Below are positions 9,512-18,739 of a stretch of 64,000 nt of DNA, one piece after another (position 1 is the first letter of the stretch; every line of letters begins with the position of its first letter). Below the pieces are notes generated by a model that ran no database searches, had not been told where the DNA came from, and was given only the letters and a program-made list of their open reading frames with translations. This DNA comes from Polyangiales bacterium (GTDB lineage: Bacteria > Myxococcota_A > Polyangia > Polyangiales > JADJQN01), in assembly GCA_964202905.1 (NCBI GenBank), contig CAXNJO010000006.1:331406-395405 (forward strand), in the 5' to 3' direction. The translations under genes and the position numbers were made by a program.

Positions 9512-12073
9512 ATGCTCCCCCCGCGCCGCCTCTCCCCGCCCTGTGCCCGCACGACGGGCCTCCCGCTCTGCGCGCTCGTCGCGCTCCTCGCCGCGGGCTG
9601 CGGTGACTGCGGCGGTGGTGGTGGTGGCAGCCCAGGCCCCGCGTGCGTGAGCACCGCGGACTGCGCGACCGGCGAGGTGTGCCGCGACGGGATGTGCGCG
9701 CCGCGGCCCGACGCCGGCGTGACCGACATGGGGCCGTTCCCGCCGGGTGACGCGGGCCCCGGCGAGGGCGGCACGCCCTGCACGCCGTGCGGGACGGAGT
9801 GTTGCGCGGTCGGCGCGCTCTGCGTCGCCGGGACGAGCTGCGCCCCCGATCGCGGGCCGTGCGCGAGCACCGACGACTGCCCGGGCGACGACTACTGCGA
9901 GCCGACGCTCGGCCGCTGCGTCCCGTACGAGCGCCCGCCCGCCGTCGATCGCGACCCGGCGTGCACGCGCCTCGTGCCGCCCGGTACCTTCTCGCCGACG
10001 GTCGAGTGTGCGTTCGACACCGCGCCTGCCGGGGACGCCTTCCCGGCGCATCTCCACGTGCTCTCGACGCCGATGGTCGTCGATTTCGGCATCGGGCGTG
10101 GGCCAGACGAGCCACGTCGACCGTCCATCGTTGCCGTCTTCGATGATGGTGTCGATGGGTCGAGCGAAGAGCCCACCGGCGTGATCCGCGTGCTCGACGG
10201 GCGCACCTGCACGCAGCAGGCGGAGCTCGGCAGCCTGCAGCTCGTCGCGCACAGCGCGCCGCCCGCGGTCGGCGATCTCGACGGCGACGGACGCCCGGAG
10301 ATCGTCGCGTACAAGGCCGGCGGCGGGCTCGTCGCCTTCCGCTACGACGCGACCGCCGGCGCGTGGGGCGTGCTCTGGCGCGCGACACAGGCGGACGGGA
10401 CGACGCCACTTACCATCACCGGAGGCGGTTGGGCGGGGCCGTCGCTCTACGACCTCGACGACGACGGACGGCCCGAGGTGATGCGTGGCGGGCTGGTCGT
10501 CGACGCGGGCGGTCGGCTGCTCTTCGACGGCGCAGGCGTCGATCTCGCGTCGTATGGGCAGGGCACGTTCGCGGTCGTGGCGAACGTCGACGCGGACGAG
10601 ACGCCCGAGCTCGTCGCCGGGCACGGCGTCTGGCAGTGGAGCCGCGTGGACCGGCGCTGGGAGCGCGAGTCCTGGGGGACGACGCTGCAGGCGGTGGGGC
10701 ACGTCGCGATCGCGGACTTCGGGGCGTATCCGGGCAGCGTCGCGTGGCCCGCGGATGCGCCCGAGGTCGCCGTGATCACGTCCGGGAGCGCGCGCGTGCA
10801 GACGCTCGACGGGACGGTGATCTTCGGCCCCGTCGCGCTCGTCGGCGGCGGCACCGGGGGGCCGCCGACCATCGGCGACTTCGACGGTGACGGCCTGCCG
10901 GAGCTCGCGAGCGCGGGCGGCTCGGCCTACAACGTCTTCGACCCGGACTGCACCGCCTCGCCCCGCGCGGGCGGGACGTGCGCGACGGGCAGCACGACCG
11001 GCGTGCTCTGGTCGCGCCCCTCGCAGGACCAGTCGAGCAACGTCACCGGCTCGAGCATCTTCGACTTCGAGGGGGACGGCGTCTCGGAGGCCGTGTACGC
11101 CGACGAGTGCTTCGTGCGCGTCTACGACGGCCGCAGCGGCGACGTGCTCTTCTCGCAGTCCCACTCCTCGTGCACCTGGTACGAGAACCCCGTCGTCGCG
11201 GACGTCGACGGCGACTTCAACGCCGAGATCGTCATCGGCGCCAACTGGAACTGCCCGTCTCCGGGCTTCACCACGGGCCGCGACTGCCGGTCGTCCGGCA
11301 TCGACGTCGGCGGGGTCGATCCGCTCTTCCCCGGCCTGCGCTGCCGCGAAGACGCCGAGTGCGTGAGCGGCCGCTGCGTCGAGGGCCTCTGCCGCTGCAC
11401 GACGAGCGCCGAGTGCTGCGTCGGACCGGGCTGCGACAGCGCGGCCTTCGTGTGTGTGGCGCCGCCCGCCGGCACGCCCGGCGCGGGCGACACCTGCCGC
11501 GCGTCGCGGCCCGTCGGCGTGCGCGGCATCCGCGTCTTCGGCGACGCGGCCGACCGCTGGGTCCGCTCGCGGCCGGTGTGGAACCAGCACGCCTACCACG
11601 TCACCAACGTGACCGAGGCGGGCGGGATCCCGCGCACCTCGGCCGTCGAGCGCAACTGGGCGACGCCCGGCCTCAACCACTTCCGCCAGAACGTGCAGGG
11701 CACCGCGATCCCAGGCGCGTCGCCGGACATCACCGCGCGCGCCGACGCCCTCGCGTGCGACGCCGGCGGCACCGCCGACATCCGCGCGGTCGTGTGCAAC
11801 CGCGGCACCGACGACGTCAGCGACGGCGTGTCGGTCGCGTTCTACGCCGACGATCCCGCGGCCGGCGGCGTGCTCCTCTGCGAGGCGCGCACCGCGGGCG
11901 ACCTGCGCCCGGGCGCGTGCGAGGTGGTCGGCTGCCCGTGGATGGACGCCCCGCGCGGCGCGCCCGGCGTCGACGTGTACGTGGTCGCCGACCCGCTCGG
12001 CGAGACCTTCGAGTGTCGCGAGTCGAACAACACCGTCGTCTACCGCGGCGTGTTCTGCGGCGTGCTCTTCTAG
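9512..12073 (+). CDS. Cys-rich FG-GAP/VCBS-repeat lipoprotein with C-terminal CARDB-like domain
   Basis: Lipobox AAGC; repeated GDLDGDGRPEI/GDFDGDGLPEL motifs; WNQHAYHVTNV; VCNRG...ECRESNN. Confidence 0.85.
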   Translation: MLPPRRLSPPCARTTGLPLCALVALLAAGCGDCGGGGGGSPGPACVSTADCATGEVCRDGMCAPRPDAGVTDMGPFPPGDAGPGEGGTPCTPCGTECCAVGALCVAGTSCAPDRGPCASTDDCPGDDYCEPTLGRCVPYERPPAVDRDPACTRLVPPGTFSPTVECAFDTAPAGDAFPAHLHVLSTPMVVDFGIGRGPDEPRRPSIVAVFDDGVDGSSEEPTGVIRVLDGRTCTQQAELGSLQLVAHSAPPAVGDLDGDGRPEIVAYKAGGGLVAFRYDATAGAWGVLWRATQADGTTPLTITGGGWAGPSLYDLDDDGRPEVMRGGLVVDAGGRLLFDGAGVDLASYGQGTFAVVANVDADETPELVAGHGVWQWSRVDRRWERESWGTTLQAVGHVAIADFGAYPGSVAWPADAPEVAVITSGSARVQTLDGTVIFGPVALVGGGTGGPPTIGDFDGDGLPELASAGGSAYNVFDPDCTASPRAGGTCATGSTTGVLWSRPSQDQSSNVTGSSIFDFEGDGVSEAVYADECFVRVYDGRSGDVLFSQSHSSCTWYENPVVADVDGDFNAEIVIGANWNCPSPGFTTGRDCRSSGIDVGGVDPLFPGLRCREDAECVSGRCVEGLCRCTTSAECCVGPGCDSAAFVCVAPPAGTPGAGDTCRASRPVGVRGIRVFGDAADRWVRSRPVWNQHAYHVTNVTEAGGIPRTSAVERNWATPGLNHFRQNVQGTAIPGASPDITARADALACDAGGTADIRAVVCNRGTDDVSDGVSVAFYADDPAAGGVLLCEARTAGDLRPGACEVVGCPWMDAPRGAPGVDVYVVADPLGETFECRESNNTVVYRGVFCGVLF

Positions 12074-12110
12074 GCGCTGCGCGCGCTCCGCGACGCGGGC
12101 GGGGGCCGCA

Positions 12111-12188
12111 CGCGCGGCGCTGAATGGCGATTCAGTCGCGGGGGCGCGCGGCGCTGAATGGCGATTCAGTCGCGGGGGCGCGCGGCGC
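12111..12188. repeat. REP-like 34-bp palindromic tandem repeat between convergent genes
   Basis: Two copies of tgaatggcgattcagtcgcgggggcgcgcggcgc, each with a ctgaat-ggcg-attcag hairpin. Confidence 0.8.
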
Positions 12189-12194
12189 GTCCCG

Positions 12195-13814
12195 TCACGG
12201 CGTGACGAAGACCCAGCTCCCCGGCCGGCGGCGGTCGGCGAACACGCCGTGCCACGAGGCCGGCAGCGTCGGCGTCGACCACGAGAAGAGCCAGCGCGCG
12301 TCGGCGGGCGCGAGGTTCACGCAGCCGTGACTGCGGACCTGCCCGAACGCGTTGTGCCAGAAGGCCCCGTGCAGCGCGAAGTTGCGGTCGAAGTACATCG
12401 TCCAGGGCACGTCCTCGATGGAGTAGGCGCCGTCCGCCGAGGCCTCGTCGTCCATCGTGGTCGAGACGTGCTTCGACTGGATCTGGAAGAGGCCCGTCGG
12501 CGTCTCGTGCCCCTCCTTGCCCGTCGAGACGAGCGTCGTGAACACGGGCTCGTCGCCCTCGTACGCGACGAGCACCTGCGTCGAGAGCGTCACGTGGACC
12601 CAGCGATCGGTCTCGCGGACCTGCGCGGGGCGCGGGATGCGCGCGGCGAGGCGGACGCTCGGCTCGCGCACGAGCACGCCCTCGTCCGACACGACGTAGC
12701 GCTTGTCCCGGCGCCAGAGATCGTCCTGCGCGACGACGAAGGGCGTGTGCCGATCGAGCGTGCCGTCGTCGACGAGCGCGCCCGTCGCCGGCTCGAGGTG
12801 CAGGCGGCGCACGCCGCTGCGGAAGACGAAGCCCATCGGCAGCCGCCAGCCGCCGCCGAGCACCACACCGCGCATCGCGGGCGGGGTCGCCATCACGACC
12901 TCGTCGCGTTCGACGTAGCCGCCGCGCACCGTGCGGTAGAAGCTGCCCGTCTCGCCGTCCTCGCTGCGGTCGAGGCTCACGTAGAAGCCCTTGAGCATGC
13001 GCATCCGCAGGTAGTCGGGGAGCGCGTCCGCGGGGCTCGCGACCGCGTTGCCGACGACCTCCGCCTGACCGGGCGGAGGCGGCGCGACGACGGAGTCGGC
13101 CTGCACCGGCGCGTCGCTCCCGGGGGGCGTCGGGGCGGTGCCGGCGTCGGCGGCGGCCGCGAGCGCGGCGAGCCGATCGTCCTCGGCGCGGAGGGTCGAC
13201 ATCACGCGCCCCGCCGACGCCTGCTGATCACGCGTCGGGAGCGCCCAGAATTGCGGCACGTCGTCGCGCACCGTCTTGCCGTACGCGTAGGGCAGGGCGT
13301 CCTCGAGCGCGGGGGGCACCGGCGACGGCTCGAAGGTCTGCGGCGCGTCGCCGATCTGAAAGCCGTCGCCGCGGCACACGAAGCCGTCGCCGGGGAGCTC
13401 GTGCCAGCCGCCCGCGCAGCCGGTCCCGCGGATGGGGGCCTTCGCGCGGAAGGTCGCGCCCCGGCGCATGTAGCCGACGACGCGCGCGCGGCTCGAGGGC
13501 TCGGCGAACACCTGCGCGAGGAAGTGGTAGACGACGCCGTGGCGCGGCCACGCCTGCTCGAACGCCTCGCGCTCGGCGGCCTCCCGCGCGCGCGCCTCGG
13601 CCTCGAGATCGCGCGGGGGCGGCGCGGGCGGCGCGGGCGCGGGGCGCGGGGCGGGCGGCGTCGGCGGCGGGGTCGAGGCCGTCGGCGCAGGCGCGGGCGT
13701 CGGCACCGAGGCCTCCGGGGGCTCGTCGCGCGGGGCGTCCCCGTCGCAGGCGCCCGGCGCGAGCAGGAGCGCGGCGAGCGCGGCGGGTCGGAGCAGGCGT
13801 CGAGCGTGGGACAT
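12195..13814 (-). CDS. L,D-transpeptidase (YkuD family) lipoprotein
   Basis: VSTGK, TPTG, LHGAFWH...SHGCVNL; lipobox PGAC; Pro-rich linker. Confidence 0.92.
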   Translation of the reverse strand: MSHARRLLRPAALAALLLAPGACDGDAPRDEPPEASVPTPAPAPTASTPPPTPPAPRPAPAPPAPPPRDLEAEARAREAAEREAFEQAWPRHGVVYHFLAQVFAEPSSRARVVGYMRRGATFRAKAPIRGTGCAGGWHELPGDGFVCRGDGFQIGDAPQTFEPSPVPPALEDALPYAYGKTVRDDVPQFWALPTRDQQASAGRVMSTLRAEDDRLAALAAAADAGTAPTPPGSDAPVQADSVVAPPPPGQAEVVGNAVASPADALPDYLRMRMLKGFYVSLDRSEDGETGSFYRTVRGGYVERDEVVMATPPAMRGVVLGGGWRLPMGFVFRSGVRRLHLEPATGALVDDGTLDRHTPFVVAQDDLWRRDKRYVVSDEGVLVREPSVRLAARIPRPAQVRETDRWVHVTLSTQVLVAYEGDEPVFTTLVSTGKEGHETPTGLFQIQSKHVSTTMDDEASADGAYSIEDVPWTMYFDRNFALHGAFWHNAFGQVRSHGCVNLAPADARWLFSWSTPTLPASWHGVFADRRRPGSWVFVTP

Positions 13815-13983
13815 GGGCCTCCCCCGCGCATCGCACACGCCCGCGCGCGGCGTCCAGAAAGCGGCGCGGCGCCCGTGCCGGCGTCCAAAAAACACGGCGC
13901 GTCGGCGGGCCGTCTCCCCCGCGCCGTGGAAGGAATTTGGTCCGCGCGCGGTGCGTCTGATACCTGCGCGCCGAGGCTCCGCC

Positions 13984-16890
13984 ATGGCATCCCCCCGCCC
14001 GCTCGCCCTCGTGCTCCTCCCGGCCCTCGTGCTCTGCGTCGCGTCGGTCGCGCGCGCGGACGCGCCCCCCGTCGCGGCCCTGCGCGCCCGACTCGCGACG
14101 CTCGAGGCGCGGCGCCCGGAGGGTGTCCCCGAGGGAGCGCTGACGAGCATCGGCTACATGGTCGACACCGCGGACCGCATCGAGAACCGCTTCGCGCCGC
14201 AGTCCGAGAGCTGGCGTCGTCGGGCCGCGGGCTTCCTCGAGCGCGCGGAGGCCGGGCACGACCCGTACCCCGAGCAGCGCGGGAAGATCGTCAGCCGCGC
14301 GTACGTCTCGCCGATCAGCCAGCGCCGGCAGGGCTACACGGTCTACGTGCCGCCCGGCTACGACCCGGCGCGCGCGTATCCGCTGATGATCGTGCTGCAC
14401 GGCGGCTCCTCGAACGGGAACCTCTTTCTCGGCGTCGTGCTCGGCAACAACATGAGCTGGCTCGAGTACGACCGCTTCCTCTGGGACGACTTCGAGCCGA
14501 AGTGGACGCCCGACTGGATCGTCGTCGCGCCCGATGGCTACGGGCAGGTGCTCTGGCGCTGGATGGGCGAGCAGGACGTCCTCGACGTGCTCGCCGACGT
14601 CGAGAAGCACTACCGCATCGACCCCGAGCGCGTGCACCTCAACGGCGTCTCCAACGGCGGCCTCGGCACGCACAACATCGGCATGCGCCACGCGTGGCGC
14701 TTCGCGACGGTCATCCCGATGGCGGGTGCCCCGAGCTGGCAGCAGTACGTCGGGTCACGGCAGACGGCCGCGGATCGCGCGGTGCTCGCGTCGCTGAGCG
14801 GCATGCAGCTGCTCGAGAACGCGTGGAACACCGACTACCGATACCATCATGGACGAAGTGATCCGGGGCCGATGCGACCGGCCTTCGTCGAAGAGCTCGA
14901 CGCCGAGGTCGCGCGCCTCGGCGTCCCCGCGCGCGGCACCTGGTACGACGCGGGCCACGACCTGCTCTACATCGTCCACCGTCACGGCCGCTTCTACGAA
15001 CAGCTCGCTTCGGTGCGCCGCAAGACGCGCCTGCCCGAAGTCACGCTCGTGAGCGGCGACTACCGGGCGGCGCGGCAGCACTGGCTCACGGTGACGCGCA
15101 TCGAGGACTACCCCGTCATCGCCCGCCTCCACGCGAAGGCCGAGGGCGACACGCTCACCATCGAGACGCGCGGCGCGCGCGCGTTCTCGCTCGATCTGCG
15201 GGACGCGCCGCTCGCCGCGGGCGAGGGCGCGCGCATCGTCGTCGACGGCGTCGAGGCGTACCGCGGGCCCCGCGCGGCGCTCGGCCACGTCGTGCACCTC
15301 GTGCGCGGCGAGGGCGGCTGGCGCACGGGATTTCCGCCGCGCGTCGAGGGCTTCGAGAAGCGGCCGGGCCTCTCGGGTCCGATCGCGGACGCCTTCTTCG
15401 GGCGCATGGTGCACGTCTACGGCACGCGCGTCCCCGAGAACGCCGCGCTCCTGCGGCGCGCCGCCGAGCGGGGCGCGCGCGGCTGGCCGCTGTGGCTGTG
15501 GAGCGTGAGCCAGGAGGTCGTCGCGGACACCGCCGTCGACGACGCGCTGATGCGCGGCGCGACGCTCGTGCTCTACGGCGGCCCCGGTGACAACGCGCTG
15601 CTCGAGCGCATGCAGGCGCAGCTGCCCATCCGGGTCGAGCCGGGCGCGGTCGTGCTCGGCACGCGCCGCTTCGTCGGCGACGACGTCGGCACGCGCTTCA
15701 TCCACCCGAACCCGCTCGCGCCGGACCAGTACGTGATCGTGCAGGCGGGCGCGTCGGCGAAGGCCGCCGCGGCGGGCAACAACCTCCCCGATTTCCTCCC
15801 GGATTACGTCGTCTACGACGGCGCCGCGACGCGGGAGCGGCAGCGCCTCGTGATGCCGCGCGCAGGCACGCTCGCGCTCGGCTTCTTCGACGATCGCTGG
15901 GCGGTCCGGCCCGACGCGCTCACGGCGGCGGCGACGGGGCTCTCGGGGGCGGCGCGTGCGCCTGCGCGTGCGTCGGCCCCCTCCCGGCGGGGCGCGCCGG
16001 GCGTGTCGGGGGCGGACGCTCGTCCCACCGACACCCTCTCGGAAGGGGGTGACGATGGTCCGATGCCGCGCGGCCGCGGCGCGCTCCACACGCAGTTTCC
16101 GCTCGATCTGCGCGGCGAGCCCGTCGTCCCGCAGCTGCCCATCCCCGCGGCCCCGCCCGCGCCGCCGCGCCCCACGGACTTTCTCGCCGGCGCGACGGAT
16201 CCCGTGGGCCGCCTCGCCCGCGTCGTCGCGCGCCGCGTCGCGTCCTTCCAGAACTTCCGCGCCGACATCCCCGGCGCGACGTGGGCGACCGATCCCGCGC
16301 TCGTCTGGAAGTTCCGCCCCCGCGCCGCGTGCCACCCCGCGCTCCGCGAGGCGGGCGTGCCCTTCGTCCCCCTCGCGGACGAGGACGCGGCGCACCTCAC
16401 CACGCCGGTCCCCGCCCCGGTCGTGGTGCTCCCGCAGCCCATCGGCGGCGTGACCTTCGTCGCCACGCAGCGCAGCGACACCGATGGCGACGAGCGCCTC
16501 GTCCTCAGCTGCGAGCTCGCCGCGCGCCTCCCCGCGGTCGCGGCCGTCCTCGCGCGCCACGGCGTCACGCGCGTCGACGTGCTCTCCGCCTACCGCGATC
16601 ACCCGCGCCCGAGCTTCCACACCTTCGGCCTCGCGCTCGACCTCTCGACGTTCACGACCGCGGCCGGCCGCCTGCGCGTCGCGACGGACTTCGCGGTCAG
16701 CCCCGCCCACGAGACCTGCGCCGCGCCGCCCCCCTCCGACGCACGCGCGCGCGCGCTCCAGCGCATCGCCTGCGACCTCGCGCAGAGCCGCCACGTCTCC
16801 ACGGTGCTCACGCCGAACTACAACGCCGGCCACCGCGACCACTTCCACGTCGACGTGCGCCCCGACGACCCGCGCCTCTTCGTGCGCTGA
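13984..16890 (+). CDS. Secreted alpha/beta hydrolase fused to C-terminal extensin-like domain
   Basis: Signal peptide; YPLMIVLHGG, GVSNGG nucleophile elbow, AGHD; C-terminal HTFGLALD...TPNYNAGHRDHFHVD. Confidence 0.75.
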   Translation: MASPRPLALVLLPALVLCVASVARADAPPVAALRARLATLEARRPEGVPEGALTSIGYMVDTADRIENRFAPQSESWRRRAAGFLERAEAGHDPYPEQRGKIVSRAYVSPISQRRQGYTVYVPPGYDPARAYPLMIVLHGGSSNGNLFLGVVLGNNMSWLEYDRFLWDDFEPKWTPDWIVVAPDGYGQVLWRWMGEQDVLDVLADVEKHYRIDPERVHLNGVSNGGLGTHNIGMRHAWRFATVIPMAGAPSWQQYVGSRQTAADRAVLASLSGMQLLENAWNTDYRYHHGRSDPGPMRPAFVEELDAEVARLGVPARGTWYDAGHDLLYIVHRHGRFYEQLASVRRKTRLPEVTLVSGDYRAARQHWLTVTRIEDYPVIARLHAKAEGDTLTIETRGARAFSLDLRDAPLAAGEGARIVVDGVEAYRGPRAALGHVVHLVRGEGGWRTGFPPRVEGFEKRPGLSGPIADAFFGRMVHVYGTRVPENAALLRRAAERGARGWPLWLWSVSQEVVADTAVDDALMRGATLVLYGGPGDNALLERMQAQLPIRVEPGAVVLGTRRFVGDDVGTRFIHPNPLAPDQYVIVQAGASAKAAAAGNNLPDFLPDYVVYDGAATRERQRLVMPRAGTLALGFFDDRWAVRPDALTAAATGLSGAARAPARASAPSRRGAPGVSGADARPTDTLSEGGDDGPMPRGRGALHTQFPLDLRGEPVVPQLPIPAAPPAPPRPTDFLAGATDPVGRLARVVARRVASFQNFRADIPGATWATDPALVWKFRPRAACHPALREAGVPFVPLADEDAAHLTTPVPAPVVVLPQPIGGVTFVATQRSDTDGDERLVLSCELAARLPAVAAVLARHGVTRVDVLSAYRDHPRPSFHTFGLALDLSTFTTAAGRLRVATDFAVSPAHETCAAPPPSDARARALQRIACDLAQSRHVSTVLTPNYNAGHRDHFHVDVRPDDPRLFVR

Positions 16891-16907
16891 CGGCGCGTGT
16901 CGTCCGT

Positions 16908-17435
16908 CTAGGGCTGACAACGAGACTGGACCGCGCGAACGAGCTCAGCCCGAGACCGGATGGTGCTCGTGCCGTCGTCGTCTTGCTGTTGCCAGTGCTC
17001 CATCAGCCTTCCTAGGTCCTCCATCGCGCGCCCGAATGCGCCGTTTTGCTGGCGGTCGAGCCATGCCTGATTCCGTTCCATTACGTCGTAGAGCTGTTCG
17101 GACCCTGCGCGTTGAAGGCGGAGCATGCGTGCCCGTCGTGCCCGGACCTCCGTGACATAGGCATCACAGATCGCGAGGTTGCGTTCGATCCGGCTCACGG
17201 GACGCGGCGGCGCGGGAGCGATCGGTGCTGCCGACGACACGACACCCGCGCTTGCGCGATCTCCGAGCCGTTGGCCATTCCAGGTCCCGAGTGGCCGCAC
17301 GGGCCTGCCCGCTCCGGGCATGTTCATCCAGATACCGGTGAAACTCTCCCCATCGACCGTGAAGTCGAAACGAAGGGTTCCACTCGTCCCGTTCGGATCA
17401 CGCCGCCGGACGGCGCCTCCCGCCGGTTGGTTCAC
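16908..17435 (-). CDS. Hypothetical protein or gene fragment, lower GC
   Basis: Open frame with GTGA overlap at the patatin stop; composition visibly AT-richer than neighbours. Confidence 0.4.
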   Translation of the reverse strand: MNQPAGGAVRRRDPNGTSGTLRFDFTVDGESFTGIWMNMPGAGRPVRPLGTWNGQRLGDRASAGVVSSAAPIAPAPPRPVSRIERNLAICDAYVTEVRARRARMLRLQRAGSEQLYDVMERNQAWLDRQQNGAFGRAMEDLGRLMEHWQQQDDDGTSTIRSRAELVRAVQSRCQP

Positions 17436-18739
17436 CGCGGCAGCGGCCCCGGATCGCCGGGGGGCGCGAAGAAGGCGCGCACCTCGTCGGCGCGGCGCTT
17501 CGCGTCGCGGTGGCCGAGGTCCATCAGCGTCTTCGCGAAGCCGCCGTCGAAGAGCAGGAACGAGCCGAGGTCCGTCTCGACCGACTGGCCGAGATCGCGC
17601 GCGCGCCGCAGCGCCGCGCCGACGAGCCGGGCGGCGCCGCGCCAGCGCGGGTGCTCCTCGCGCAGGTACTCGCCGGCGAGCACGCCGATGTCCTCCGAGG
17701 GGCGGAACACGAGCGTGTTCACGCGCCGGTAGTGCAGGCCGCGCTCCTGCGTGATCACGCGCATCACCTCCGAGAACTCGCCTTCGGGCAGGGTCTCCTC
17801 GAGCACCTCGATCAGGCGGTTCAGGCGCGAGAGCACCTGCAGATCGTAGTCGACCGGATCGAGAAGGAGCGCGTTCAGCACCTTGCCGAGCAGGAACATC
17901 GGGTTGGGGTACTGCGCGAGCGCCGAGCGGACGCGCGTCGCGGGCGGATCGGGGTGCAGCAGCGAGACGACGACGAGGCGCGTCGCGCCCGCGCGGATCG
18001 CCGGCGAGATCGGCGTGTTGAAGCGCAGGCCGCCGTCGCAGTAGTAGGCGTCCCCGATGCGGCGCGCGGGGTAGAGCATCGGGATCGCCGCGGAGGCGAG
18101 CACGTGCTCGGCGGCGATGGGGCCCTCGCGCTGGATGCGGCGCTTGTCGCGTGAGCCCGCGACCTGTGTGCCTTCCGCGAGATGCGAGAAGATGGTCGTG
18201 CGCCCGCCCGCGACGTCGAGCGCGGAGATCATGAGCGCGCGCACGATGCCCTCGCGCACGTTCGCGTAGAGCCGCTGCCACGGGATCGTCTTCTCGACGA
18301 TGTGCTCGAGCGGCCGGGGATCGAGCACCGCGCGGCCGTAGTGCTCGCCGAGGCCGCCGCGCGCGCGCCGCGCCCGGGAGAGCAGCGGCAAGGACCGCGG
18401 CCAGCCGAGCAGGCCCGCCGGATCGAGCCGCAGATCGCGCGAGAGCTCCAGCGACTCCCACGTCCGGATGAGCCCGTGCACGCCGAGGTCCCCGCGGTCG
18501 GCGTGCGCCGCGAGGTAGGTCGCGTTGATCGCACCGACCGAGGTGCCCGTGAACACGTCGAAGGGGCTCGCGGCGTCCTCGCCGAGCCCGAGGATCTCGA
18601 CGATCCCCGCGAGCACGCCGACCTCGTAGGCGCCGCGTGCGCCGCCACCGGAGAGCACGAGCGCCGCCTTGTCCGGGCGGGGCCCGAACGAGCGCCGCGC
18701 GCTGCGGTCGCCGCGGTCGGTGTCGTCCGCGTCGCTCAT
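17432..18739 (-). CDS. Patatin-like phospholipase
   Basis: LVLSGGGARG, GTSVG, ASAAIP and DGG motifs. Confidence 0.92.
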   Translation of the reverse strand: MSDADDTDRGDRSARRSFGPRPDKAALVLSGGGARGAYEVGVLAGIVEILGLGEDAASPFDVFTGTSVGAINATYLAAHADRGDLGVHGLIRTWESLELSRDLRLDPAGLLGWPRSLPLLSRARRARGGLGEHYGRAVLDPRPLEHIVEKTIPWQRLYANVREGIVRALMISALDVAGGRTTIFSHLAEGTQVAGSRDKRRIQREGPIAAEHVLASAAIPMLYPARRIGDAYYCDGGLRFNTPISPAIRAGATRLVVVSLLHPDPPATRVRSALAQYPNPMFLLGKVLNALLLDPVDYDLQVLSRLNRLIEVLEETLPEGEFSEVMRVITQERGLHYRRVNTLVFRPSEDIGVLAGEYLREEHPRWRGAARLVGAALRRARDLGQSVETDLGSFLLFDGGFAKTLMDLGHRDAKRRADEVRAFFAPPGDPGPLPR

